A stretch of 36,518 nucleotides of DNA, taken from positions 40,969,214 to 41,005,731 of the forward strand of contig NC_069000.1 of assembly GCF_001194135.2 (NCBI RefSeq). The letters are read 5' to 3'. Of the stretch, positions 19,656 to 34,579 are shown piece by piece. The notes beneath the pieces are model-generated. The model did not search any database. It saw only the letters and a list, made by a program, of their open reading frames with translations, and was not told where the DNA came from. The position numbers were made by a program, and so were the translations under genes. The stretch's first letter is position 1; each line of letters starts with the position of its first letter. This DNA is from Octopus bimaculoides (Eukaryota).

Positions 19656-22600
19656 TTTTGTGGGACTTTCCTATTCGAACGGACAAGATATTAGACTTAA
19701 TTCAAATTTCGCCTAAATCAGCTTCGCCTTTTATCCTTTCGGGGTCAATAAAATAGGTATCAGTTGAACACTGGGTATAATTGACTTACCCTCTACTCGC
19801 AGATTTGAGGCTTTGTGCCTATAGTAGATATTGTAACGTAGTTAGTCGTCGCCAATTATAGTAGTATAGCCACTATTGATGACGATGCTTGTTTACACTA
19901 TCACCTGGTAGTAACAATAAAACATATAATGAAGCGGGATACCAATAACCTAGCAATCCAACAAACTCTCCACGTACTATACACAAGCCAACAAGTGGTA
20001 TTCCGACAAACTGCCGAAACGACACCTAACGACTTCCGGTGATTAACGCCTACTCTCTGTATCTCTCACTCAGACCGCTATTGTTTATAGTCGTTCAGTC
20101 AAGTCTATTCTTGCAGCGCATGTCATGATACTCGCCACAGTAGTAGAAAGGATCATTCATATTCTTATTGGTGTTAGAATAGTGGATTGGCAAAGTCTTT
20201 AGAGTATCGAAATTGAGGTATTTATTTCTTCATTGCCTACATAGGCGGAACAAACAAGGACATACAAAGGGATTATGTCGATTTCATCGACCCCAGTGCA
20301 TAACTGGTACTTATTTAATCGATCACGAAAGGATGAAAGGCAAAAGAAATGTAGTCATTCTAGCAATGACCATCGCAACTATTTCGTTAGCTATCGTAAA
20401 CAACGATTTGTGTCATTTAAGTTGGAGTAGTTTGATTTGAGCGAAATACTGCTGCTATTTCTAACAGACCTGTAATCACGTTAGGGATTGTTCGTTGAAT
20501 TGACTCAAACAACATTGGTTCAGTATTCGTGTCAGTATTCGTTTAGTTTTCAGACATTGGACTGTTGGAGCACCGCCTTTAGTCGAACAAATCGATCCTA
20601 GAAATCATTCTTTTTAAGCCTAGTACTTATTCCATCAGTTTTTATGCCGAGCTTCTAGGTGACGGGGATCTAAACACACCAACATCGGTTGTCAAGCGAT
20701 GGTGGGCAGGAGGGGGGAGGGGGAGACCACACACACACATAGGCAACAGGCCTCTTTCAGTTTCCGTCTACCAAATCCACTCACAAGGCTTTGGTCAGCC
20801 CGAGGCTATAGTAGAAGACACTTACCCGAGGTGCCAAACAGTGGGACCATGTAGTTGAGAAGCATGCTTTTTTACCACACAGCCACGCTGCGCTAATCAA
20901 TTTTTTATTCACAATCACAAGATCTTTTGTAGGAGATGAATATAACTGTATGGTAGCCATACACATCACAAGTCTATTTCATTTTCATGTTTAAGGAAGG
21001 TAAAAGATCTAGTAGTGTGATATTAAGTTGTTTATTGCTGGCACTCCGTCGTTTACGACGTCGAGGGTTCCAGTTGATCCGATCAACGGAACAGCCTGCT
21101 CGTGAAATTAACGTGCAAGTGGCTGAGCACTCCACAGACACGTGTACCCTTAACGTAGTTTTCGGGGATATTCAGCGTGACACAGTGTGACAAGGCGGAC
21201 TCATTGAAATACAGGTACAACAGAAACAGGAAGAAAGAGTGAGAGAAAGTCGTGGTGGAAGAGTACAGCAGGGTTCGCCACCATCCCCTGCCGGAGCCTC
21301 GTGGAGCTTTAGGTGTTTTCGCTCAATAAACACTCACAACGCCCGGTCTGGGAATCGAAACCGCGATCCTATGACCACTGCCCTAACCACTGGGTCATTG
21401 CGCCTCCACTAAGTTGTTTATATAAAACTACTAAATATAATTACTTCTTTTCAGTAAAAATTGTGGAAATCTTTTTTTCGTTTCAACGTTTACATGAGGG
21501 TAGATACTACAGCGGGCCAGACTAAATGACCAGCAATATTTCNNNNNNNNNNNNNNNNNNNNNNNNNNNNNNNNNNNNNNNNNNNNNNNNNNNNNNNNNN
21601 NNNNNNNNNNNNNNNNNNNNNNNNNNNNNNNNNNNNNNNNNNNNNNNNNNNNNNNNNNNNNNNNNNNNNNNNNNNNNNNNNNNNNNNNNNNNNNNNNNNN
21701 NNNNNNNNNNNNCGTAGCGGTATTTCGTCTACCGTTTCGTTCTGAGTTCATATTCCGCCGAGGTCAAATGTACCTTTCATCCTGTTGGGGCCGAGTAAAT
21801 AAATACCAGTTATGCATTGGGGTCGATGTAATCGACTTAACCTCTTTGTCCTTGTTCTTCCCCTCTATGTTGGGCAATAAAAAAATAAATTTACTATGAT
21901 CTTTTCAGTTCATATTCTGTCGGGAATCTGTGATTTACCTGTTATCTTCCTGGAATCAATCACAAAAAAAAAAAACAAAAAAAACAACTAATAATATAAT
22001 GCCAACTATAGTATTAGCGACGCATACTTTCGTGGAATGAATATCTACACCAGAAAATGTTAGTGCAACGTAAAAAAAATAAATAAAAAAGAGAAAGACA
22101 AGACGATGACACATGGAGACTAAAATCGAAACGGGATTCTCAAAACGTCTCATTAATACAGGTTTTGTATATATTTGCCCAATGTAATAAATAGCAGTAG
22201 AAAATTAAATAAAGTCAAGCTATAATGATAAATCCTTTTATAACTTACCCGCCAGGAATACGCCGGTATGTTCATAGTAAAATCTGTCAGAGTTTTGTAT
22301 TGAAACGAATTGATCTTTCATAAGTTTCAATAGTGTTTTTCCAGCAGGCTTGTCATTATCGATAATCTCTGTGAACATGCCGCTTAGGAAATCCATGTCA
22401 TAGACGGTACTGTAAAATTGAAACATTCTCATATATATATATATGTGTGTATATATATGTATATATATATATATATATCTGTGTGTGTGTGTGTGTGCGT
22501 GTATATATAAATATATATATATATACATACGTTTTTCGACATAGGTCTTTGTGTTTCTGATGGCTAACTTATATATTTCACACAGCAATCACAACATATA

Positions 22601-23051
22601 TATATATATATATATANNNNNNNNNNNNNNNNNNNNNNNNNNNNNNNNNNNNNNNNNNNNNNNNNNNNNNNNNNNNNNNNNNNNNNNNNNNNNNNNNNNN
22701 NNNNNNNNNNNNNNNNNNNNNNNNNNNNNNNNNNNNNNNNNNNNNNNNNNNNNNNNNNNNNNNNNNNNNNNNNNNNNNNNNNNNNNNNNNNNNNNNNNNN
22801 NNNNNNNNNNNNNNNNNNNNNNNNNNNNNNNNNNNNNNNNNNNNNNNNNNNNNNNNNNNNNNNNNNNNNNNNNNNNNNNNNNNNNNNNNNNNNNNNNNNN
22901 NNNNNNNNNNNNNNNNNNNNNNNNNNNNNNNNNNNNNNNNNNNNNNNNNNNNNNNNNNNNNNNNNNNNNNNNNNNNNNNNNNNNNNNNNNNNNNNNNNNN
23001 NNNNNNNNNNNNNNNNNNNNNNNNNNNNNNNNNNNNNNNNNNNNNNNNNNN

Positions 23052-23093
<42 letters not shown>

Positions 23094-26000
23094 TGTGTGT
23101 GCAATGGAAGTGGGATGGTGAACAGTCAACACTGAAAAGAAAAATCAGTGTTTCATCTCTGTGTGAGTGTATGTGTGTATGTGTGTGCGTCTACAAGGGA
23201 AGTATGTGAATGTTTGTATGTGTGAACCAGTGTTCTTTCAGTAACAAAGGATGATCGGTGTCACATCTCTAAAGACAACCACTGGACAACATTGACAAGT
23301 GTATTGATTTGATTATTCTAACTGTTTTGTTAAAAATAATTATTACAATCACTCACACCTACAGAAACTCATTAGAGAAAATGATCATTGCCTGAGTGTA
23401 TCAAGAATATAAAACGATTGTAGTTGAAAGGTATATTATAAATTTGGTATTAAAAGAATCATTAAACTAAAAACTTGGTTTTGTACTTTATTTATATATA
23501 AAATACTACAAGTAACCGTCATTTTGGATGGCACGGGGCCAGCTAGTATTACAAATAAGTACTTAAGTGAAATTAACGGTCTTTGTTTCTGAATGGCTAA
23601 CTTATACCGTCCACGCTGCAACCACTTCAGTTTCAGTACATGGAGTAGGGTAGAATGGTGGAAAGGGAGGGGAAATGGCATACAGTAGTGAGTTTATCTG
23701 CCACATGGGGAGGGAGCTGAGTTATAGTTAATTTGGTGAACTCAAGTTTGGGCGGCTTGGACAAGAGTAGAGAACTATCCCCGAAGAAAAGAAGACGAGT
23801 CTGAACCGATACAGTCTTGTATATAACGTCCGTATAACTCCGTAGTCGGTTCAATGAACTGATCACCAAGAAGATTTGAGTTGCAACGTAGCCGATAAAT
23901 AAGATGGAGAGATTGGGAAACATTCCCATTCACACAGAAACCACAAGTATTCGTTGGTAGATCTCGCCCGGAATGAAATGCAGTTAAGTCTGATGTAAGC
24001 TCGGTGAGGCGGAAACGTGTGGGCGTACTAGAATTGAAGATGATCCAACGGTTGAGGAAGTATTCAAGAGCCTAGAGATGCGAAACAAGTAACTATAGGA
24101 ATTAGGGCTTACTTTTTGTTTACGTTAATCGCCCACTCTCTTATAATACACTCTCTGAAGCAGTAAAAAGTTCTTGGCTTATAACGAATTAAGATGGCCG
24201 TATTACATTTGTAGATTTGGCAGCTGTCATTATCAAGAATCATTACAGAACTATTTCACTGACACTGTGGCATGATTGAAATCTTTAATGTTGATTAAAC
24301 GTAGGTTAGACAGCGAAAAAATTTTGTTTTCCCGAAGTGAAAATGCTATTAATGTAAATCCTCTATCTCTTACCTTGATTTAATGATAATTAAGTATAGT
24401 GCCGTTGAGTGGATTAATAATTATTGAGAGCATTTGGATATATATTTTCGCACAGGCGATATAGTCAGATTAATGTATACTCATATCAAATCGATTAGTT
24501 TCGATATGTATGAGTAAAACTAACTGGATGTTTTTACGGCTTAACATCTCTTTCTTATAAATCTTCAATTCTATTTAAAGGCTTCCTTAATCATAGTTTA
24601 AACACAACGGATAGTTGAAATCAGAATTTTTTTTCTCTCAGGAATATAAAAAAAATGTTGGAACTGGTAAGTTACAACAGTTTCACAAGTATTTTTAAAA
24701 AGTATAACGGTTTAAAACATATGAAAAACAACAATTTCCACTCACTTATAAGTCTTCTCAAGCGCAGTTTTGTCCACTGCAGTGTGGAAGGGCAGGTCTC
24801 CAAAAGTTTGGATTTGATTTTCATTCCAGATTGCCAACCAAATAACGTAGGGTGGTATTGCGAGATAACGCGTGTCTTGGGTTAGGACTGACACTATGTC
24901 AGAATATTTGCAATTATCCCGAAAATTACAGGGTATTTTTCTGGAAAAAATAAACAAACAAAAATATCAGAAAAGAAAATAATATATTTGTAAGAATTAA
25001 ATTAGAGACACATAACTTCTATGACTGGTAAGATACCACGCGTTCTGGTGAGACATATAATAATTAAATTTATCTTGGTTTACTGTTTCTTATTTTATCA
25101 CCTCACTAAATGTAACATGTAAAGTTTTCTATGATAGAACGTAAAACGACGTAAACCAACAAAATATTTTGACCAGTGATCGAACCATGATGTCATCCAG
25201 TAACATTATAACAATTTGACAGATAATCAATGAGACACACGCAAAAACGTATACACATACATATTTGTCTACATACACAGACACATGAATTCAAAGTGGT
25301 ATTTATTTAAAAACACCGGTGAAATTAAAGAATTTTAATTCGGAAAATTGGATGTTGGTGAAATAGTATAGATTTACCTGCCGATTTTTAAACTGGCTTC
25401 ATTCAGCATTCCTTCGATGATATTTTTCAACTTGGTTTCATCGTCCACAACTGCTGCGTTGTTCATTAAATCGGTCAAATCTTTATTTTCAGTTGGAGAA
25501 ATTTTTACTGTTTCTCTCAACATTGAAGCCAATACTAATTCATAGGCAAGTGAAAATGAATTAGAAATTATAGGTAAGATCTCGGCTTCGTAAGTACTAG
25601 TTGGTAATTGTTCACCAATCAGCAGTGGTAAATATTCGTTGTAAGTAATATGCTGAAATATTCCAGTCAGCAACTTCTTTGTTGCTTCCAAGGGATTTGC
25701 ATTACCAAATTCAGTCATTTTATCGACAAGTTTATTGTGTTCACGGAGGAAAACATGATATAGTGCCATCACTAAGGGGTTTTCGTTGATTGCATCTGAA
25801 ACTACAAGATAAAGGAGAGATATGTTTTATTAAACACAACATCAATTTTCTTAATGAACCGATATGTATGAGTAAAACTTACTACGTCAAATTTAGCATA
25901 TTAATTACTATTATCTATTCAGTCACAAACGAGTGAAATGCATAAGTGTTCGTCTAACAAATTTTGAATTCAGTTCTGAAAGTAATTAAACGAAAGTAGA

Positions 26001-28044
26001 ATATAAGGGAAAAATCGTTCTGTCTTGACCTTCATAACTCCCGTTCCATTTAGAATATAAACATGTTAATTTCTTCTTTCATCAAGTTCTATAGTGATTT
26101 ATCGAAATGTTGTGGACAAATGGTGATGTTGATGAGTATCAGTTGCAAAAAAATAAATAAATAAATAAAATAACTACGATCAAAAATCGAACCTGGGCTA
26201 TACATAACAATTTATGTCTACAGGGATCACTGCAACGACTTGGCCTATATTGTGCTTCGTGTAGCTTTCAGAACCAACTGTGTTCTAATTCATTGATTTA
26301 GTAAAGACTAGATAATTGATAAGAGATGGTATAAACATACCATTAACAAGAGCATTATCAAGTTAATCAAAGAAAATTGGCTATAAATTGGAACTGAATC
26401 CCACTTTCGAGACGCCACTTTTCATTTAAAGACGAACAATATAAATGATTAAAGAACGAAATCACTGTTTTACGTAGAAGAATAGGCTCGTAGCCTGTTT
26501 TAATATTATGGGCAAACTGCGAACTAGCTACCTTCATGATCATCACCAAGGTCAGGAAATCAGCAGACGAACATACAGATGAAAGAAAAGTGGGTATTAG
26601 GATGCACCAAACAACTTTTGGTGAAAAAGGCTTTAATATTTGGAGTAGAAAAATATGGCTTCATTACAGAAAAGCGTTTTATTCAGTCATGGCTATAGAT
26701 TGCAAAAATATCTGCTGTTTTAGATACTGCCACAGAAAGTCTCACGAAGACCTTGTCCACATTCCTCACTCTTATAAATGAAACTGAAATGATTATGTGT
26801 GATGTTATAAATATTTCAATGAGAATATTTCAAGGCAATTGTATGTGCATCTATTTATTTTCTTGGCCTTATATCTACGATATCATTTTTGTTACGAAAA
26901 GCCAATGGCTATATAGTAGTGTAAGAGACATTGATATGATACGTAAGTTCTCTGTGAAAGATCTAAAAGTCTATGCCTGAAACTCTTACGATACTGAAAA
27001 CAGCCGCATATAAACATGTAATCTACTGGTATAGGAAGAGCGTTCAGCCGAAAGAAGGGTTTATATTTAACAACTGAACGTAGAAAATCTACTTTCCAAA
27101 CCCAAAATGCTTGCATCAGTTGTCTCTCTATCTCGCTTATTCTACGAAACAAGTATAGAAAATAACAAGATATCCTAGATATTGTTGAAAATATATCGTA
27201 TAAAGATACTGTGAAAACGTTAGAGTAACCCACACGCTACAGTAACATCAAATAAATATTCAAAATAATGAACAGAGATCAAGGTCAATCTTTGCCAAGC
27301 GACTTCACTCTGAATGCTTTAGCTTTGTTACTATGGCAATAGTCCGGATACTTATTGATCAGATTGCGTATATGTATATGTGAGTATGTCTGCATGCCTG
27401 TATATGTGTGTGTCCCTGCGTGATTATCTCCCACCATCGCTTCACAACCAGTGTTGGTGTGTTTGCGTCTCTGTAACCTAGCAGTTTTGCAAAGGAGCCC
27501 GATAGAATGCGTACCACACAAGCAAAACAACTACTAGGCTCAATCAGCTGGACTAAAATTTTTCCAGATGTTGCTCTTTTACTTGTTTTAGTTTAATGTC
27601 TGAAACAAGTAAAAGATAAAATACATACATACATACATACATACACGCACACACGCACACGCACACACACACGCACACACACACATATATAGACTTGACA
27701 ATGACAATAATCTAATAGTTAATAACCTACCTCCGGAAAATTTGACGCCTGTTTTTGAAAGAAATCCTGTAGTGAGGTCAAACTTGCCTGAAATTTGAAA
27801 GTAGAAAAGTAAGTATGAATACCAAGTTGGGTAAAATAATTGGACACCTTTCATATATTATTTCCATAGTGCGTAATGAGAGTGAAGAAGTCTTGGATCC
27901 AGTCACCCTTGAGTATATTCATGTGGAAAACTTCAAATCAATAGTGCAAGCTTTTGAATTGACCGTCTGTTATATTGATATTACAACAATCACACCTATC
28001 TCCATTGATATCCGTGTACATATACGCTTGGTAATAAGAAATTT

Positions 28045-28113
<69 letters not shown>

Positions 28114-31100
28114 AAGGTAGATATCTAGATAGATAGATACATCGATTTATTTACATGGGCCTTTGTAATCAATGGAAAATGCTGTTACTTACCGTTAGTT
28201 AAAGTGCCGCTAAAATCAGTTGAAGAATACAATAAAGAAAGATCAAGTGGGGCAGTAACATCATTTTTGCCTTGATTATTAGCTTTTTAAAAGATAGAAA
28301 AGATGGAAAAATAAGAAAATGTGACAATAAAATAATAACATTACGAAATTATTTCCGTATAATGAAAGAGTAAGTTTCCATTAACTTTTGACAGTTATCG
28401 ATAGAAATTTAAAATATTGTGAATTTTATAATGAGGTTAAATTTCTAAAGTTACTTGGATGTTCAAAGTACTGTTTCCAGCACAAAACAAGCCATATGCA
28501 TTTATAGTTGGGGTCATTTATCAAAAGAATATCAACTTTGCACACCGATAGATAACTGATTCTGGTTAATTATGAACAACTGTTATCGCATTTAGGTAGA
28601 AAGATTTGTTCTTATTTATCTATTTATCTATTCCAGAAGAACTAAACCTTTGCATGAGCCCACGTGTGAGCTCATAGCAAAGTTTTCTATGGCAAGTTTT
28701 AATGAATTTAATTCAATGTTCAGCTATCTTTGTCATTACATTTGAAATAATTTTATAAATAAAAGAAAGGAAGCTTTTAAATTATTACCCGTGCACTTGA
28801 GATCATATTCTAGAATTGGTTTTTTGTATGGCATACACTTAGCGCAGCCATTTGTAACACGTTCATCAGTTGCCGCATTGGTATCAATACCTAGACAACT
28901 GAAATATTCAAAGAAAACGTTATAAAAAGTTTGAAATATTTAAGAATAATTTTTTTAGCGGAATGTGTTTTGGATATTGCTAGACCAGAACTTCGATCTG
29001 AAAGTCTAGTTGCATTTACTTTTGAAAGCATGCTTTTGATCAGTCTAATGTAAGTAAAATGAGAGACAGCAATTAACCATATTGAACAAAACTAATGTAA
29101 TTCTCTAAAAAAAGTGTTTTTATTGACACAAATAGAAAAGAAATCAATATGGAAAGATGAAACAGTAAAAACTGTATAACAGAAGATATACAATAAAATG
29201 TAAGCAGCCAGTGTGTCAAATCTACTTCGTGACTTCGATTCCTAACTGTAAACTTACACTTCAGTTACGTTGCCGTGTCGGATTTCTTCTCCTCAACAAT
29301 AAATATAAGGTTCATGCTATGTTACAAAAAGCCAATATTTGAACCAAAGCCAAAAAATCTCTGTTGTTCTTTTAGTGTTTATTGAATGGCAGATGTATAT
29401 GATTATATTTTCACTTAGCACAGATATAGTATACGTGAGTAATAAACAGAAAATTTTGGCGCTCATTAAGCAAAATCAGTATTAATAAAATAGCTCATGA
29501 TTACTTTTGATTCTAAATGCTCATATGTTTCTTTAATAAAATCTGAAGAGTCTGAATTTATTTACAGTGAAGATAACCGAATAATTAGAAAAATATCACG
29601 TCTCCACTTCATTTTCTTGCCTGCATATAACGGTATTCAAATAGTTTATAAGCGATCTGAAGAGATATTTAATGTATCAATTGGATTATGTATTTTCGTG
29701 CTGCTTTACCATTTCTTTCATATTTTCTAGAATGCGCAATCTTTAGCGGTAGCTACATTTTTCTCAACAAACCTGAAATCTCACCTCTTAATCTGGTAAT
29801 GCTTACCACATATGAAAATGGAAACTCATTTTAACAACTTACAGAGCACTTTCTGTAGGATTGGAATTATAATTGATTGCAAAATGATATGTCATTCATT
29901 GGTCACAGACAAATATATCTGATTCTGTAAGAAATTGGACATAAAACGTAAATGGGTAACACTAAATAATTGTAAGACATTTAACTACACTATTTACTTT
30001 CCTATGCATTCCTACCGCCATTTTTACAATAACATCAAATAAAGAACTCCACGTTCAACACACACAATATATTCCCGTTACGTTAACAGAGTATTAAAAA
30101 AATTACAAAGGCAAAACCAGAAATCTTTTCTTAGGAATTGACAAATACCTTGAGAGTAGAACTTGATTGACTGGACTAAAAATCTCATGTATAAATAGCT
30201 AAGCAATTATTGTCTCTTGCTCAATAATCGTGGATAAAAGACCATATGCTCGCGGTGAAGCAAATGAAAAATTTGGATAAAACAAGTCGCAGACTATAAA
30301 TTAAAAATACAAAAATCTTGTGTAATTATGTTGGATAAAGATTAGGACGGTGAGGTTTCAAAGCATAAAGCATTTCTGCAAACATATAAAAAAAAGGTTT
30401 GGGATGTTACCCACTACAATTTGTAACTTAAAATCTAGACTTATTTATGGATGTATTTGGAGTGCTGATTCCAAAACTGGTATTGAGTTTTCTCTACAAC
30501 CTCTTACTAAATAATTAGCAGTTATTTTGATAAAAATATAATAATATTTTGTGCCATAGAAATAAACTGCATTCTGATATATGTTATTTTTCAGTTCAAG
30601 ATCTTAAGTTGAACTACATTAACATTTATAGTATTGGGTTGGTGCATAATTATTGCGGCTTTTTTTTTCAACAAATTGTATTCAACAAAAACAATAACAG
30701 CATGTAACAAAAACATCTTTAAATGATTAATCCGGAGCATATTCACCACCTACTTCAATTACTGCTTCCCATTTGTTTGGCAGACGGTTAGACCGTCATT
30801 TAAATATGTTTTTGTTAAATGTTGTTATTGTTTTTGTTGAAGAAAATTTATTGAAATAAAGCCGCAATAATTATGCACCGACCCAATAATTGTAACAAAG
30901 CAATAAAGATAGAATATACAACGATCACTCTAAAATATATTCTTTCTAAAGTTTCTTATAAGTTTATAGGTCAGTTTTCCCGAAGTATCCTTCAATAACC
31001 TATCACCATGTGTGTATCTCGTTTTCCCTGTTTTCCATTGCTTTTCCTTGCTCTTTGATTAAATCATCTGTTTAAGGGACTGTGGAGATAATAAACAATG

Positions 31101-32958
31101 ATATTCGTATTACAAACTCGCTTATTAAAATGGATCATTCCATCTACTAATTCAAAGTTGTTTATTGTTGGCTGCCAAGAAAATTCTCGGAAAATATAAA
31201 ACAAACGAAATTCATGTCCAAGACGGAGTGTTGTCCACCGATCATTTATAAACACTCTTAACATGGTACTATCCTAAATTTCTGCTTGGAGTTCTTTTCT
31301 CAAGCTCAGTCTGGGAATTTACTTTATGAATAATCAAAGCAGACATGTTCTTTATTCTTAACTTTTACAAGACTTTAAACAGCCCAAATTTGATATGTAT
31401 TGGTAGCTCGGTGGCATTTTCTCTTTCTTGACTAAGGTTTCGTTGGTAACATTTTCCTCCACAGCTACCCTATTTAATTTCAAATGATCACTGGTTTCCT
31501 ACTTAATGCTGTCCTCAAGAATATAAAAGCACAATGATTGTGGTTGCCACTTAGCTAAATTATGCGAAAGTTTACTATTTTTTGTCTTGCATAAAAGCCT
31601 TATTGATAATCTTAATACATCGTCTTTTTCAAGGGAAGAACAATTATGTTACTCGTCATTTATGCATGAATTGAGCAACATTTCTTGCCGATCTGTGTAA
31701 AGGATACATTTCTAAAGTCTGCTTTAATATACTTTGAAAAAAGTTGTAATTCAAGCATTATCCGAGGATGTTATATTTCGTTACAAAACAGTGTTGTCAT
31801 CTTAAGAAACGAAGACTGGTACATATTTTTTTCTTTGATCCGATATCACATAAGAATGTAGTTAAATATTTTCATCGAAGCTCAGGATTAGAAAATTCCC
31901 TTTAGTAGTTCAGATCAGTGAGGATATTGATTAGTTCAAATTTGTCAAAACACTCAGAAATTAATGAAGCTCCTTGAAAGTCAGTCATTTTCCATAGTTC
32001 TATTACATTCAATAGATATGACTGATTCAGCAGTACCACCATTTAAGAGTCCTAGCAAGAACCAAAAGATGAAACAGGCGCTGATTCTAGGTCAAAATAT
32101 ATCCTCTTGCTTCGATTATTTCAATAGGTGTCACTGATACCTTAACTAGAGAAATTCCATAGATTTATATTGAAAATGGTATAGATCGAGAAGTCCCTAA
32201 ATTTGAAAATGCGCATAGGAATTTCTAATTTCAGTAAACAGATGAATACATCATCATATAATGGAGTATATATAATGAAAATAGACCTGTTAATAGTAGA
32301 TGTGAATCCGTGCACACTCCACCATTCCTAACAATTAGCAAGACGATCTGTCTTGCTTATACTGTCGTCATCGTGCATTAATGAACGTGTATTTTGTGTA
32401 AATTTAAGGTTAGAAATATACATACACAAGTATAAACACACAAACACAGACACAAATGTGTGTGTATGTGTGTGTGTGTTTGCGTGTGTGTGTGCGCGCG
32501 TATGTGTTTTAAATATTTTTTAAAGTCAAAATAATGCATTATGAAAATAGATATTACAAGTCAATATTTGAATATCTCAGCGTTAAGACCCCTTCTTCAG
32601 GAAATTTACGAAGAAAAGTTGTTGATAGCCGGTGCCTCTGCTTTGCAGATAGAAATATTGAAATACCAAATAGTAGTACTAACCATCGATCTATATTATT
32701 GATAAGTCAGTACATGTTTTGGGCTTTAAAAAATTTATTCAAAACATCTATATATATATATATATATATATNNNNNNNNNNNNNNNNNNNNNNNNNNNNN
32801 NNNNNNNNNNNNNNNNNNNNNNNNNNNNNNNNNNNNNNNNNNNNNNNNNNNNNNNNNNNNNNNNNNNNNNNNNNNNNNNNNNNNNNNNNNNNNNNNNNNN
32901 NNNNNNNNNNNNNNNNNNNNNNNNNNNNNNNNNNNNNNNNNNNNNNNNNNNNNNNNNN

Positions 32959-33021
<63 letters not shown>

Positions 33022-34544
33022 TACACATACATACACCACCCACACACACACATATATATGTGTGTATCTGCATGTGTGGGTGTTTGTGTGTATAATATGT
33101 ATATATTATGCATGTATGTAGGTAAGTACGTGGGTATTTTGAGCATGAAAAGATTGATGAATAAGATGCACATTTTGAGGTTTTGAATTGTTAGAACGAA
33201 ATATATTTTTTTGATCTTATTCTACTCAATTGATTACTAAATATGAAAAGGAAAAAAAGAATATGTTAATTACTTTCCGCAGCACTCTTCATCTGAAAAA
33301 GAAGAGAAGAAATTATTAACACTTCAAAATTAGTTTTGCATTAGTTTTATTAATATTTCTAGGATAAAAGGAAAGAGCTTAAATCCGTACTAAAATGTAA
33401 TGACCTAGTTTATAATTTTCAAGTGCTACTATAGATTACAGTGTTTATTGTTCTTTCCCGTGTTTAGTATTTCCAAATTGATGAACTGGGCATTTCTCAT
33501 TTTAAATCTCACGACCATCGCTACTGCATAGTAAATTCGTGACACAAATCATCACCTTATCAGTTGTTTGGAAGCATATTCACTTAACTATCCGGTATTT
33601 CAGCTGTTTCTTTCTATTATCGAAATATTAGAAAAAGCTTTGAATTGAGTGACAGAAACACACTTTTGTTATTTCTTAAACTTAAACTATGATAAGAATA
33701 GAAACGCAATATTATTATGAAATAAAACTCATCTCATAAATCATATTAATGAAGTGAATGAGATGAAATAAAATTTCAAATTGATTGTAACATATAAAGC
33801 CAGATGAGGATTGTCTACAATCTTTTGAAACTACTCTCAATGTACTAAAATCAAGAGGAATAAGATGCAATATCATTTTATAAAAGAATGACAAGCAAAT
33901 GAGAAATACTAGGATCTCACCAATTATAAGCGAGAGTTTCCCATAAACTCTACCATAAAAAGCGAGAGTTTCCCATATGACGGGTTAGAAGAATGTTAAA
34001 AATACGTGCAGTATTCTTGAGCGGAATATTATTTTAGGGAATGTTCTAGTATATCAGTTTGCTTAGTTAAACACATCAGATTTGTCTTAGAATCATTTGA
34101 TAAATAAATATCAGTTTCTTAGATAATTACAATATGTTCCAGATGTATACGGGAAGACAATAGATTAACGTTGAGTTCACGCCTTTTTCAAACGCATTTG
34201 TCATGCAAGTGAATATCAACAACTGAAAATTGAAACTGGGTCGTAGAATAGGTTTCACGGAAGTATATCCCTCTCTTAAATATTGTTTTATTAAAACTGA
34301 TCTAACACTTTTTCTAGCAGGTGTAGAAGTAATGATTCAAAACTAAGAACAAGTGTCTAACTATTTACATGAAAATAGTAATTATCATACTATGTCAATA
34401 TGAAAATAATATTTCTTTGTTAGGAAAGCTAGTACTGCAAGAAAATTACTGATTAATAATTACATCAGTGTTGACCAATACAAGAGTACATGCATACACG
34501 TATATATACAGAAATATGAAATATATACATATACATATACAAAT

Positions 34545-34579
<35 letters not shown>

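Noticed and set aside
21340-21409. tRNA gene
   Set aside because: It has only A/B-box-like head sequence without a full cloverleaf and continues into a repeat body, so it is a SINE head.
24140-24300. Second mariner 5' end (GCAGTAAAAAGTTCTTGGCTT)
   Set aside because: No partner TIR or transposase codons were found.
31000-32300. Highly decayed LINE RT (KQEDIF*PRI and DDN-like pieces on the minus strand)
   Set aside because: The fragments are too short and broken to support by eye. A profile search would be needed.
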